Shown here piece after piece: positions 9,903 through 19,739 of a DNA stretch of 64,000 nt. The translations under genes were made by a program, and so were the position numbers. The stretch is from Provencibacterium sp. (GTDB lineage: Bacteria > Bacillota > Clostridia > Oscillospirales > Ruminococcaceae): the NCBI GenBank assembly GCA_022792175.1, contig JAAWAN010000020.1:124745-188744 (forward strand). Direction: 5' to 3'. Position 1 is the stretch's first letter, and every line of letters begins with the position of its first letter. The notes beneath the pieces were generated by a model. The model did not search any database. It saw only the letters and a list, made by a program, of their open reading frames with translations, and had not been told where the DNA came from.

Positions 9903-10955
9903 TTGAAAAAGAAGCTCCGCTTTCTGCCAGCAACGCTCTGCCTGCTTATTTTGCTTGCAGGGTCTGCCCTTTATCTCTATAGCCGCACGCAGGCCCGAGA
10001 GGAGCGACGGCATCTCTATATGATGGATACGCTCATAGAAATCGTTTTTTATGGGCCAAATGCTCCCGGCGCCGCAGATGCGCTGGAAACAAAGCTGAAG
10101 CGGTGGGAGGAAAACACCTCCCTGTACTGTCCGCAGGGGGATATCGGCCGGCTGAATGCAAAAGCGGGAGATGGGGAGCCGGTTGCTCTCAGTGAAGAGG
10201 TCTTTTCTCTGCTCCAAAATCTCAGCGCATGGAGCTTAAAAAGCGAAGGCTGTTTTGATCCTACCATCGCTCCACTCACCCTTTTATGGAACGTCCGGGG
10301 TGAAAACCCGCAGGTTCCCTCTGCGCGAGCGGTAGCCGAAGCCCTTTCGCTGGTAGATGTGGGTGACCTGCAGCTGGATCCAACTGCCTGCTCAGCAAAG
10401 CTGATGCGGCCGGGACAGGCAGTAGATCTGGGCGGCGCTGCCAAAGGGGCGGCGAGCGCGCTCGCTTTTGAAACGATGGAAGACTGCAGGGTAGCAAACG
10501 GATATGTTTCGTTCGGCGGAAATCTGGCGGTTCGGGGAAAGCGGCCGGATGGGAAGGATTTTCGCTTCGGCGTACGCGATCCCTGGGGAAGCGAGTCCGC
10601 CTTTTTTGCGACCCTTTCCCTCGAGGGAAAGACGATGGCGACCACTGGGGACTATATCCGCTATTTTGAAGAGAATGGCGTTCGCTATTCCCATCTGCTC
10701 GATCCGCGTACTGGTTATCCGGCAAAAGGGGAGCTCTGCTCTGTTTCGGTTGTTGCTAAAGACGGTGCGCTCGCCGATTTTCTTTCGACAGCATTGTTCA
10801 TTGCCGGAAAAGATGCAGTGCTTGCGCGAATGCAGGAGGCGGATTTTCAGCTTATCGCTGTAGACCGGGAGAAGAATGTTTATGTTTCTGCCGGCCTGCA
10901 GGAGAATCTTCAGCCCAATCCGGACAGTCCGGATTTTAACTTTCATTTTCTCTAG
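9903..10955 (+). CDS. apbE: FAD:protein FMN transferase (ApbE family)
   Basis: MDT, FDPTI.PL..LW, DLGGAAKG, GGNL, ATTGDY.RY, HLLDPRTGYP, AD.LSTALF motifs; TTG start after SD. Confidence 0.92.
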   Translation: MKKKLRFLPATLCLLILLAGSALYLYSRTQAREERRHLYMMDTLIEIVFYGPNAPGAADALETKLKRWEENTSLYCPQGDIGRLNAKAGDGEPVALSEEVFSLLQNLSAWSLKSEGCFDPTIAPLTLLWNVRGENPQVPSARAVAEALSLVDVGDLQLDPTACSAKLMRPGQAVDLGGAAKGAASALAFETMEDCRVANGYVSFGGNLAVRGKRPDGKDFRFGVRDPWGSESAFFATLSLEGKTMATTGDYIRYFEENGVRYSHLLDPRTGYPAKGELCSVSVVAKDGALADFLSTALFIAGKDAVLARMQEADFQLIAVDREKNVYVSAGLQENLQPNPDSPDFNFHFL

Positions 10956-10980
10956 CTTTCCAAAACCGGGAGGGAAGGCC

Positions 10981-11505
10981 TTGCGTTCGCTGCAAAAGGA
11001 TACTCGAACTACAGCGCTCACTGGCCTGCTGTTTGCCTTGGCAATGGCGCTGAGCTTTTTTGAATCGACCATCGGTGGGCTGATAGCGCTGCCGGCGGGA
11101 ATCAAGCTGGGGCTTTCCAATATTGTGGTGCTTTTTTCGCTTCTGACGTTGGGAAAGCGCAGCGCCTTTTTGCTTATCTTTTTAAAAGCGCTTTTTGCAC
11201 TGCTTTCACGCGGTGCGGTTGCAGGCCTTTTGAGCCTGTCGGGAGGCATATGCTCCGCAGCGGTCATGATGGCGCTGATGGCACTGCCGCACCTTTTGGT
11301 GGGCTACCGAGTGCTGAGCGCAGCGGGGGGCTGTGCGCACAATATCGGGCAGATTGCGGCGGCGGCGCTGATTATCCGCAACCGGTATCTTCTATATTAT
11401 CTACCGGTGCTGCTTCTGGCCGGCATCATCACCGGTTTTCTGACCGGAACGGCCTATTCAGCTCTGGAGCCCTACCTGAACCGCTGGAAATCTGCGCGGC
11501 CTTAA
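10981..11505 (+). CDS. Gx transporter / heptaprenyl diphosphate synthase component I family membrane protein
   Basis: A.ALS.FE...P.GIKLGLSNI and S..GG.AHNIGQ motifs; several TM segments; TTG start. Confidence 0.8.
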   Translation: MRSLQKDTRTTALTGLLFALAMALSFFESTIGGLIALPAGIKLGLSNIVVLFSLLTLGKRSAFLLIFLKALFALLSRGAVAGLLSLSGGICSAAVMMALMALPHLLVGYRVLSAAGGCAHNIGQIAAAALIIRNRYLLYYLPVLLLAGIITGFLTGTAYSALEPYLNRWKSARP

Positions 11506-11616
11506 ACAGACGTGAAGAGGTTGGAAGCAGCCGGAGGAGGCTATCAAAAAATAACATAATCGGTAAATCACGATCATGCGCTCTGTGCGTCAGGATAAAA
11601 ATGAGGAGGTAAACAG

Positions 11617-12933
11617 ATGGCTTTTCTGAAAAAGAACGGCTTAAGCGGCGTTCATGTGCCTCACCGCAAAGAGAATACCGAAGAACTGCCGGCAGTTCGG
11701 ATGCCGGTCCCTGCCAAGGTATATATCTCCATGCAGCAGCACATAGGGGCGCCCTGCAAGCCGCTGGTGAAAAAAGGGGACAGCGTAAAGGTGGGCCAGC
11801 TTATCGGTACCAGTGATGCATTTGTCAGCGCACCGGTTCATTCGAGTGTTTCCGGAACGGTTACCGATATGATTGAAATCATCAACGTGAATTCCGCGCG
11901 CGCGGTCTGCGTCGTCATCGAAACGGACGGGCTGCAGACGGTGGACGAGAGCGTCCGACCGCCGCAGGTTCACGACGCTGCCAGGTTTATCGCGGCCATT
12001 CGCGATTCCGGCCTGGTCGGACTGGGTGGGGCAGGCTTCCCGACTTTCATCAAACTCAACCCCAAAAATATTGATCAGGTGGATACGCTGGTGGTCAATG
12101 GCGCGGAGTGCGAGCCCTACATCACCTCCGATTACCGGACAATGATGGACCACACGGACGACATTCTGGAAGGGATTGAGCTGCTCAGAAAGTATCTGAC
12201 GCTGCCGCACGTCTATATAGGGATTGAAAAGAACAAGCCGAAGGCGATTGAGCTTATGCGCGAGCGTACCGAAAAAATCGGCGGCATCGAGATTGTCCCG
12301 TTGGATGCCAAATATCCCAAAGGAGCAGAAAAGGTAATTGCCTATGAAACGACCGGCCGGATGGTTCCGGAGGGCAAGCTGCCGAACGATGTTGGCCTGA
12401 TTGTTTCCAATGTTACGAGCGTTGCTTTTATTGCGCAGTATCTGCGCACCGGCATGCCGCTCATTGAGAAGACGCTGACGGTGGACGGGTCGGCCGTCAC
12501 CCATCCGCAGAATGTAACAGCGCTCATCGGTACCACCTGCTCGGATATTATCGACTTCTGCGGCGGCTACCGCACCGAGCCGCGTTTGCTGCTCTATGGA
12601 GGCCCGATGATGGGCTCGGCCATTCTCAGCGACAGCTATCCGATTATAAAAAATAACAATGCCCTGCTGGCCTTTGCAGAGGCGGGGGAGGCGCAGATGC
12701 AGGAAACGCCCTGCATCCGCTGCGGCAAGTGTATAGAGGCCTGCCCCTATAACCTGATGCCCGCCCAGTTTGAGGCTGCCTATAAGGCGCGGGATTTGGA
12801 AACGCTCAATAAGCTCAAGGTCAGCCTGTGCATGGAGTGCGGCTGCTGTTCCTATATCTGTCCGGCCCGCCGGCCGCTGGTGCAGACCAACCGCCTGGCC
12901 AAGGCGCTGCTGCGCGCCCAGGCCAAAAAGTAG
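11617..12933 (+). CDS. rnfC: Rnf complex subunit C
   Basis: QHIGAP, GLVGLGGAGFPT, NGAECEPY, GGPMMG; two CxxCxxC 4Fe-4S motifs. Confidence 0.95.
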   Translation: MAFLKKNGLSGVHVPHRKENTEELPAVRMPVPAKVYISMQQHIGAPCKPLVKKGDSVKVGQLIGTSDAFVSAPVHSSVSGTVTDMIEIINVNSARAVCVVIETDGLQTVDESVRPPQVHDAARFIAAIRDSGLVGLGGAGFPTFIKLNPKNIDQVDTLVVNGAECEPYITSDYRTMMDHTDDILEGIELLRKYLTLPHVYIGIEKNKPKAIELMRERTEKIGGIEIVPLDAKYPKGAEKVIAYETTGRMVPEGKLPNDVGLIVSNVTSVAFIAQYLRTGMPLIEKTLTVDGSAVTHPQNVTALIGTTCSDIIDFCGGYRTEPRLLLYGGPMMGSAILSDSYPIIKNNNALLAFAEAGEAQMQETPCIRCGKCIEACPYNLMPAQFEAAYKARDLETLNKLKVSLCMECGCCSYICPARRPLVQTNRLAKALLRAQAKK

Positions 12934-13040
12934 GCGCCGTTTCTGCTTTTCCGGCGCAGAAAACCGGAACGCTTTAAAACACATGTAGATATTCGGTTTT
13001 TTGACGAATGCAATCTCCCCAGAAAGGAATGATGAACTTC

Positions 13041-13994
13041 ATGGCTAACCGGCTGGTTATTAAATCATCGCCGCATCTCAAATCCCCTATGAATACGCAG
13101 ATGATTATGCGCGATGTGATTATTGCCCTGATCCCTGCCTTTATCTGTTCGGTTGTTATTTTCGGCCTGCGCGCGCTGCTGCTGGTGAGCATCTGCGTAG
13201 CCTCCTGCGTGGTATTTGAGTATCTTTCCCGCCTCGTAATGAAACGGGATAATTCCATCTCCGATCTCAGCGCAGTGGTGACAGGTATTCTGCTCGCCTT
13301 TAACCTTCCGGTGACCTTTCCCATCTGGATGGCGGTCATCGGCTCGTTCTTCGCCATTGTCGTTGTAAAGCAGCTTTTTGGCGGTCTGGGGCAGAACTTC
13401 GTCAACCCCGCCATTGCCGGGCGCGTTTTCCTGCTGATTTCGTTTGCCACTCCGATGACCGACTGGCTGCTCCCGCAGAAGGGGGAGGAGGGCGTCGCTC
13501 TAGTGGCGGGGGCAACGCCTCTGGTACATATCGCCCGCGGGGAGATGGAAGCTCTGCCTTCGCTGACTGACATGCTGCTGGGTATCCGTGGCGGCTGTCT
13601 CGGTGAAACGGCTGCCTTGGCGCTTTTAGTGGGCGCCGCCTATCTGCTCTGGCGCGGTGTTATCCGGCCGGTCATTCCCGCGACCTTTTTGGGAACAGTG
13701 TTTGTTCTCTCGCTGTTGATGGGGCAGAATCCTCTTTATCAGCTGCTCTCCGGCGGCGTCATCCTGGGTGCCTGCTTTATGGCTACCGACTATGTCACCT
13801 CTCCCTCCACCTTTAAGGGAAAGTTGATTTTTGCTTTCGGCTGCGGCCTGATTACGATGATGATCCGGGTATATGGTTCCTATCCGGAGGGAGTCTCGTT
13901 CGCCATTCTGTTCATGAACATTCTGGTTCCACATATCAATTCTCTGACGCGCACCAAGCCCTTTGGCGTGCTTGAGCCCAAGAAGGAGGGATAA
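13041..13994 (+). CDS. rnfD: Rnf complex subunit D
   Basis: SSPH, KQLFGGLGQN..NPA, GATPL (FMN-Thr), MATDYVTSP. Start may be 13029 or 13032. Confidence 0.95.
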   Translation: MANRLVIKSSPHLKSPMNTQMIMRDVIIALIPAFICSVVIFGLRALLLVSICVASCVVFEYLSRLVMKRDNSISDLSAVVTGILLAFNLPVTFPIWMAVIGSFFAIVVVKQLFGGLGQNFVNPAIAGRVFLLISFATPMTDWLLPQKGEEGVALVAGATPLVHIARGEMEALPSLTDMLLGIRGGCLGETAALALLVGAAYLLWRGVIRPVIPATFLGTVFVLSLLMGQNPLYQLLSGGVILGACFMATDYVTSPSTFKGKLIFAFGCGLITMMIRVYGSYPEGVSFAILFMNILVPHINSLTRTKPFGVLEPKKEG

Positions 13995-14061
13995 GTTTGA
14001 AAAGCAGGATTTTCAAACGTGCGGCCTCATACAGAAGCGATAGAAAGGAAGGGGTATCGGC

Positions 14062-14589
14062 ATGAACGAAACTGTCAGGGATTTTGTTCTTCCCACGCTG
14101 GTTTTAGCAGTCATCTGCCTGGTCGTTTCCGCCGCGCTCAGCGGCACCTATGGGATTACCAACCCGATTATTGAAGAAAATAACCGGATTGCGGAACAGC
14201 AGGCACTCACAGAGGTACTTCCTGCTGGCGATTCGTTTGTGGCTGCCGAAGGCAGTCTGCCGGATGGCGTATCTGCCTTTTACACGGCAGAGAATGGTGC
14301 AGGCTGCGTTGTGCGCGTTTCCCCTTCCGGCTATGGCGGGCCCATCTCGATGATGGTGGGGCTTAATACTGATGGTGCTATTTCCGGCATCAAGGTGCTG
14401 GAAAACAGTGAAACGCAGGGCATCGGCAGCAAGGTTATGGATGAAAGCTACACCTCGCAGTATGCCGGCAAGTCCGGGGCGGACGAGGTGGATGCCATCG
14501 GCGGCGCTACCATCTCCTCCACCGGTCTCAAAACCGGGATACGCACGGCGATGGAGGCGGCTGCCGCGCTTGGAAAGGGGGCAAACTGA
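14062..14589 (+). CDS. rnfG: Rnf complex subunit G
   Basis: N-terminal TM, GYGGPI, ETQGIG, DAIGGATISS FMN-binding motif. Confidence 0.93.
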   Translation: MNETVRDFVLPTLVLAVICLVVSAALSGTYGITNPIIEENNRIAEQQALTEVLPAGDSFVAAEGSLPDGVSAFYTAENGAGCVVRVSPSGYGGPISMMVGLNTDGAISGIKVLENSETQGIGSKVMDESYTSQYAGKSGADEVDAIGGATISSTGLKTGIRTAMEAAAALGKGAN

Positions 14590-15266
14590 TGGGACACCTC
14601 AAGGAGCTTACCAAAGGCTTTATTAAAGAAAACCCGGTGCTGGTTCTGCTGCTGGGCACCTGCCCAACGCTGGCGGTCTCCACCATGGCGAAAAACGGCC
14701 TCGGAATGGGCGTTGCCGCTACGCTGGTGCTGCTTGGCTCCAATATCGTGATTTCGCTGCTGAAAAAGGTCATTCCCGATAAGGTGCGCATTCCCTGCTA
14801 TATTGTCATCATCGCCGGGTTTGTCACCATTGTTCAGTTTCTGGTAAAGGCCTATGCGCCCTCCATTGACTCGGCGCTGGGCATTTATCTGCCGCTGATT
14901 GTCGTCAACTGCATTATTCTCGGGCGCGCCGAAATGTTTGCCAGCAAGCGCGGCGTTCTGGATTCCGCGCTGGATGGGCTGGGCATGGGCATCGGCTTCA
15001 CCATTGCGCTGCTGCTCATCGGCTCTATCCGGGAAATTCTGGGGGCCGGCACCTGGTTTGGCCTGCGGCTTTTGCCCGAATCGGTAAGCCCGATTGCCAT
15101 GATCGGCCTGCCGCCGGGAGGGTTTCTGATTTTCGGCCTGGCGGTGGCGCTGGCCAACTGGGTCTCCAAGGGAAAAATTCTGAAGAACAAATCTGCTGGC
15201 TGCGCGGGCTGCCCCTCGAGCGGCGCCTGCTCGGGAGACTGCGAAGGGAAAGGGGAGAACGCATAG
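14589..15266 (+). CDS. rnfE: Rnf complex subunit E
   Basis: ENPV.VLLLGTCPTLAV, RIP, PLIVVNCIILGRAE, PPGGF. Confidence 0.95.
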   Translation: MGHLKELTKGFIKENPVLVLLLGTCPTLAVSTMAKNGLGMGVAATLVLLGSNIVISLLKKVIPDKVRIPCYIVIIAGFVTIVQFLVKAYAPSIDSALGIYLPLIVVNCIILGRAEMFASKRGVLDSALDGLGMGIGFTIALLLIGSIREILGAGTWFGLRLLPESVSPIAMIGLPPGGFLIFGLAVALANWVSKGKILKNKSAGCAGCPSSGACSGDCEGKGENA

Positions 15267-15857
15267 ATGAATCAGCTGATTATCATCCTCTTCAGTGCTA
15301 TTCTGGTCAACAACGTCGTTCTCAATCAGTTTTTGGGCATCTGTCCGTTTTTAGGCGTTTCTAAAAAGCTGGACTCCTCGTTCGGCATGAGCGTTGCAGT
15401 GACCTTCGTTCTGCTGATTGCAACAGCGGTTACCTGGCCGATTTATACCTTTATTCTCGAGCCAAGTGGTTTTAAGTATATGCAGACAGTGGTTTTCATT
15501 CTGGTGATTGCCGCCCTGGTGCAGCTGGTAGAGATTATTTTAAAGCGCTATCTTCCAGCGCTTCATCGTTCTCTGGGCGTCTATCTGCCGCTGATTACCA
15601 CCAACTGCGCGGTGCTCGGCGTTACTATTCAGAATATTGACAAGGGCTATTCCTTCCTCCAGTCGCTCGTTTATGCGCTGGGCATCGGCCTGGGCTTTAT
15701 GCTGGCGATGGTGCTCTTTTCGGGCGTACGCCAGCGAATTGAAAGCGCGGACATTCCGCAGTTTTTTAAGGGCATGCCCTCGGTGCTGATTGCCGCTTCG
15801 CTCGTTTCGCTCTCCTTCATGGGCTTTTCCGGTGTTGTAGAGGGTATTTTCGGCTGA
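15267..15857 (+). CDS. rnfA: Rnf complex subunit A
   Basis: FLGICPFLGVSKK, LPLITTNCAVLG. Confidence 0.95.
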   Translation: MNQLIIILFSAILVNNVVLNQFLGICPFLGVSKKLDSSFGMSVAVTFVLLIATAVTWPIYTFILEPSGFKYMQTVVFILVIAALVQLVEIILKRYLPALHRSLGVYLPLITTNCAVLGVTIQNIDKGYSFLQSLVYALGIGLGFMLAMVLFSGVRQRIESADIPQFFKGMPSVLIAASLVSLSFMGFSGVVEGIFG

Positions 15858-15896
15858 GCGAAGGTAAAATCCTGCAGAAAGGAAGGATGAAAAGGA

Positions 15897-16688
15897 ATGG
15901 GTAGTTTTATTCTGCCGGTCGTTATTGTAACCATTATCGGCATTCTGCTGGGGCTGATGCTCTCCTTCGCTTCTAAATTCTTTGCCGTTGAGGTGGATGA
16001 GCGTGTTGTGAAGGTACGGGAGGCGCTTCCGGGGGCAAACTGCGGCGGCTGCGGCTTTGCAGGCTGCGATGAATATGCAGCAAAGATTGCCGCCGGGGAA
16101 GCCGCCCCCAATCTCTGTACGCCGGGCGGGGCAGCAACTGCCCGCCAAATCAGTGAGGTTTTGGGCGTCTCCTTTGAAGGGGTAGAGGAGAAGAAAGCGC
16201 AGGTACGCTGTCGGGGCCACCTGGGAACGACCGAATATATCATGGAATACATGGGGCCGAAGACCTGTGCCGCCTGCAATTCGCTCTATCAGGGCCGCCG
16301 CAGCTGCTCACACGGCTGTCTCGGCTATGGTGACTGCGTGCGCGTCTGCCAATATGATGCCATCCATGTGGTGAACGGCGTTGCTGTGGTGGATGACAAA
16401 AAATGCACTGGCTGCGGAATGTGTGCAAAGGAGTGCCCGGACCAGCTGATTCAGATTGTACCGGCACACGCCAAGGTCTATGTCGGCTGCAGAAGCACCG
16501 ACAAGGGCGCCTATACCCGCAAGCTCTGCAAAAATGGCTGTATCGGCTGCATGAAGTGTCAGAAAACCTGCCAGCATGGCGCTATCAAGGTGGAGCATAA
16601 TCTGGCATATGTAGATCCTGAACTTTGCACCGGCTGCGGCGAGTGCATCGCCGTCTGTCCGACGCAGGCGATTCAGCGCTATGAATAA
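15897..16688 (+). CDS. rnfB: Rnf complex subunit B
   Basis: LPGANCGGCGFAGC plus several CxxCxxCxxxC ferredoxin motifs. Confidence 0.95.
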   Translation: MGSFILPVVIVTIIGILLGLMLSFASKFFAVEVDERVVKVREALPGANCGGCGFAGCDEYAAKIAAGEAAPNLCTPGGAATARQISEVLGVSFEGVEEKKAQVRCRGHLGTTEYIMEYMGPKTCAACNSLYQGRRSCSHGCLGYGDCVRVCQYDAIHVVNGVAVVDDKKCTGCGMCAKECPDQLIQIVPAHAKVYVGCRSTDKGAYTRKLCKNGCIGCMKCQKTCQHGAIKVEHNLAYVDPELCTGCGECIAVCPTQAIQRYE

Positions 16689-16690
16689 AT

Positions 16691-16739
16691 AGTAAAAGAA
16701 AGCACAGCAGGAGGCTTTCCTGCTGTGCTTTCTTTTACT
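16691..16739. terminator. Bidirectional terminator between rnfB and the Nudix genes
   Basis: 22-bp perfect inverted repeat AGTAAAAGAAAGCACAGCAGGA / TCCTGCTGTGCTTTCTTTTACT. Confidence 0.85.
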
Positions 16740-16850
16740 GTCAGAAAAGGCAGAGTCCTATGCCGGTTGCTTTACAAAAGAGCCGCCCATACAGAGAGCG
16801 CGCCGCTTTCCTCTGGCCGCGCCAGCCTGCATGGCCTTGGGGAGGCTTTT

Positions 16851-17504
16851 TCAGTCCGTTAAAAGATAACACGAGATGACTGCTTTTCTCCTCCGGTCTA
16901 TCCGGCATTCCTGAAAAACCAGCCGTCCGGCAGAGCCGTTTTTTAGTTCAGAGGAGAGCATCTCCCTCGGCGAATAAAAGCGGGAGAGCGGCCTCTCGAG
17001 CACCATCCTCCCGTCCTTCCAAAGCTGAATAAAGACCGGACAGCTCCTCTCGGCCCCGGTTTTTATCCATCCTGCCCTGTCTGCGGCAGGTCGGGAAACA
17101 CTGCTGCGGGGCGGGAGGGAGAAGAGGCTGTCCCGATATCCCTGCGGCATCGGCAGGCGGCTGATGACTGATGGATCGAACCAGGCAAGGCTGCCTCCAT
17201 CCTGATCACATAAAATATCCGGTATATGCAGCGCGCGGCAATGATAGGGGAGAATAAAAACGCAGCTCTGCCCAACCGCCAGTGTCCAGGGCTCCAGCGG
17301 CTGCTGCACCTCTATTTCGATGCCGGATTCCTCTAAAAATTCGGTATGAAGCCTGGCCTCAAACGAACGGTCTCCTATTTCCAGCCGTCCGCCCAAAAGC
17401 TCATATTCCTCCCGCTCGTTTTTTCGCAGCAGAAACCGTCCGGATTTTTTCAGAACCCCTTTGACCGAAACCGGGAAACATTCCGGGGCACCCTCTTCTT
17501 TCAC
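16851..17504 (-). CDS. Nudix hydrolase with variant Nudix box and C-terminal extension
   Basis: GGRLEIGDRSFEARLHTEFLEESGI; GTG start overlaps the upstream stop (GTGA). Confidence 0.7.
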   Translation of the reverse strand: MKEEGAPECFPVSVKGVLKKSGRFLLRKNEREEYELLGGRLEIGDRSFEARLHTEFLEESGIEIEVQQPLEPWTLAVGQSCVFILPYHCRALHIPDILCDQDGGSLAWFDPSVISRLPMPQGYRDSLFSLPPRSSVSRPAADRAGWIKTGAERSCPVFIQLWKDGRMVLERPLSRFYSPREMLSSELKNGSAGRLVFQECRIDRRRKAVISCYLLTD

Positions 17505-17953
17505 TGCTTCTCCTCCCTCAGCTCGCTGTAAAGTTTTCCGGAAAGGGCGTCCTGAAACGCCTGGCGACGAATGGGGATCATCTCCTCAGGCAGAGCGGTA
17601 ATCTCAAACCATTCGAGGGCGGAACACTTTTCCGGCTCGGTAATTTGGGGAGAACCGGTAAAGCTTTTAAAAAAGAAATAGATATCATAGTAGGTGTGCG
17701 CCCCTATCCGGTGGCCAAGATGGGCGAATTGTGCATCCTGTGCTGAAACGATAAGCCCGGTCTCCTCGCTGCATTCCCGGACCGCTGCCTCAGAAGCAGT
17801 TTCCCCCTCCTCCACATGGCCGCTGCCGGCAAAATCCCATTTTCCATCCATATATCCGGTATTCTGCCGCCGGTGCAGCAATACCTGTGTCTGTCCGTTA
17901 TATTCACGCAGGATAATTGGAAAAACGGCGGACAGCGATTTAAAGTGTTCCAT
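17501..17953 (-). CDS. Nudix (MutT-like) hydrolase
   Basis: Canonical box GHVEEGETASEAAVRECSEETGL; EPEKC motif. Confidence 0.9.
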   Translation of the reverse strand: MEHFKSLSAVFPIILREYNGQTQVLLHRRQNTGYMDGKWDFAGSGHVEEGETASEAAVRECSEETGLIVSAQDAQFAHLGHRIGAHTYYDIYFFFKSFTGSPQITEPEKCSALEWFEITALPEEMIPIRRQAFQDALSGKLYSELREEKQ

Positions 17954-18035
17954 TTTCTTTCCTCCTTCTCTATGAAAAACAGCGAAGAACCCTCTGCTGC
18001 AGGGCTCTTCGCTGCCGCATTTTCCAATAAACGCT

Positions 18036-19277
18036 CTATGATCTTTCCTTTTTTCGAACCTTCAGCAGCCGGGTAAAGGCGGGATGTCCCTCTTTCTGCG
18101 TCTCCGGCTTTTCCTGCGAAAGAATGCGGCTATAGATGGTGCTGATATAATCTGCCAGATTCTGCGCGCCGGAATTTTTTACCGACTGGCGGACGGAGGA
18201 TTTAAGAATACGCAGCTTTTCTTCATCCATCTTTTTTATCCGCCGAAGCTCGGAAGCCATTTCGGCGGCATTGCGGTAAGTGAAGCCGTTGACACCGTCA
18301 GTTACCTGGTCTTTATTGAGCTCATCGTAAAGCTGCAGCACCGGCAGGCCGGCTGCCATTCCCTCCAGCATGGAGATGGAATTGGTATCGGAAAGAGAGG
18401 CAGTGACATAAACGTCGCCCGAGGCGACATAGGGGGGAAGATCGCTATGCTCCACCCGCCCGGTAAAGATAACGGTATCGGAAATTTTCAGCTCATCGGC
18501 CAGCGCCTGCAGGTTTTCTCTCTCCGGCCCATCCCCGATAATGACCAGATGAATGCGGTCCTCCAATCGGATTTCTGCCGCCCAGTAGCGCAGAAGAACA
18601 TCCACGCTCTTTTCGCGCCCGAGCCGTCCTACAAAGATGGCAACCATCTCATCCGGCGCAATATGGTATTTTTCCCGGAAAGCTCTTTTATCCTCCTCGG
18701 TCACCTTTTCGGGCGAGAAGGCATCTAGCTCCACCGGGTTCGGGACTACGCTGACCGGCTTATCCAGCCCGGTCTCCTTGATATACTGCTCGCATTTGAT
18801 GCTCGGTCCGGTCACCTCATCGGCAGATTTGGCAAAAATGCGGAAATAGCGGTGGGAGATGCGGGTGGTAATTCCTACCAGCGGAGCAGGGGCCACATAG
18901 TAGATATATTCATCATACATGGTGTGCAGGGTATATACCAGCGGAACACGCAGAATCTTGGCAATCCCGATGCCGGAAAGGCCGATGCCGAACTCATTGT
19001 GAATGTGGATGATGTCCGGATTGAAGTCGCGCAGAAAACGCAGGCGGGTCCGGCTGACGGGAAGCGCAATGTCAAACCCATACAGACGCTTGCTGCCCTT
19101 ATGTGCCGGGCAGTAGAGGATATTATCCTTGATATAATGCTTGCGGGTTTTCGAGTTGGCCGTAACGATGAGCACCGTGTGTCCCATTGCCTCCAGCCCA
19201 TCCTTCAGGGCTTTGACATGTGTGACCACTCCGTTAATATGGGGGAGATAGGTTTCGGTAAACAGAGCGACTCTCAT
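18036..19277 (-). CDS. GT4 glycosyltransferase, likely monoglucosyldiacylglycerol synthase
   Basis: MRVALFTETYLP.INGV, HTLHT, FVGRL..EK, SDTNSISMLEGMAAGLPV. Confidence 0.85.
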   Translation of the reverse strand: MRVALFTETYLPHINGVVTHVKALKDGLEAMGHTVLIVTANSKTRKHYIKDNILYCPAHKGSKRLYGFDIALPVSRTRLRFLRDFNPDIIHIHNEFGIGLSGIGIAKILRVPLVYTLHTMYDEYIYYVAPAPLVGITTRISHRYFRIFAKSADEVTGPSIKCEQYIKETGLDKPVSVVPNPVELDAFSPEKVTEEDKRAFREKYHIAPDEMVAIFVGRLGREKSVDVLLRYWAAEIRLEDRIHLVIIGDGPERENLQALADELKISDTVIFTGRVEHSDLPPYVASGDVYVTASLSDTNSISMLEGMAAGLPVLQLYDELNKDQVTDGVNGFTYRNAAEMASELRRIKKMDEEKLRILKSSVRQSVKNSGAQNLADYISTIYSRILSQEKPETQKEGHPAFTRLLKVRKKERS

Positions 19278-19739
19278 TTTAAGTGAACACTTCCTTTTTT
19301 TTGGGCATTTGCCGGCTTGAGGCTTAAAAGGCCTCATCCTTCCCGGATATGCAGCCGGCGCTTATCTTGGCAGACTCCGTATGTATATTATAATGCGCAG
19401 CAGGCAAAGCCGCAAGCCCCAAAAGCCTTCGGCCTTTAAATCCCATGGCTTTTGGAAGCGGCAAGCAGACTTCGCCTGAAAAATCACGCCTTACAGCAGT
19501 GTTGAAGTAAGACAGGCTTTTGTATTGTAAAACGGGCGCGCTGCAAAACTTTCGTTTTGCAGCGCGTCTTTCCTCATTATAACGGAAATTTTGTTTTTTC
19601 AATTGAATCTCTGCGGCGGCTACGGTATAATAACTTCAGATGGTATATTTTTCAGCTAACAGGGCCAGCTTTTTAAGCGGGCGGATGCACGGCTGAAAGG
19701 CGGCCAGGCTACCCTATTAAAGCAAGGGAGGGCACCAAC

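Noticed and set aside
11641-12984. Long antisense ORFs (also 2869-4020, 8705-9805, 24977-26353, 41642-42982, 54460-55629 and others)
   Set aside because: They shadow well-supported genes on the other strand, have no motifs or SD, and are expected from codon bias.
13995-14018. GTTTGAAAA-N6-TTTTCAAAC between rnfD and rnfG, reminiscent of difH as I recall it
   Set aside because: It lies inside an operon 25 kb from the skew switch and from xer; more likely an mRNA hairpin or operator.
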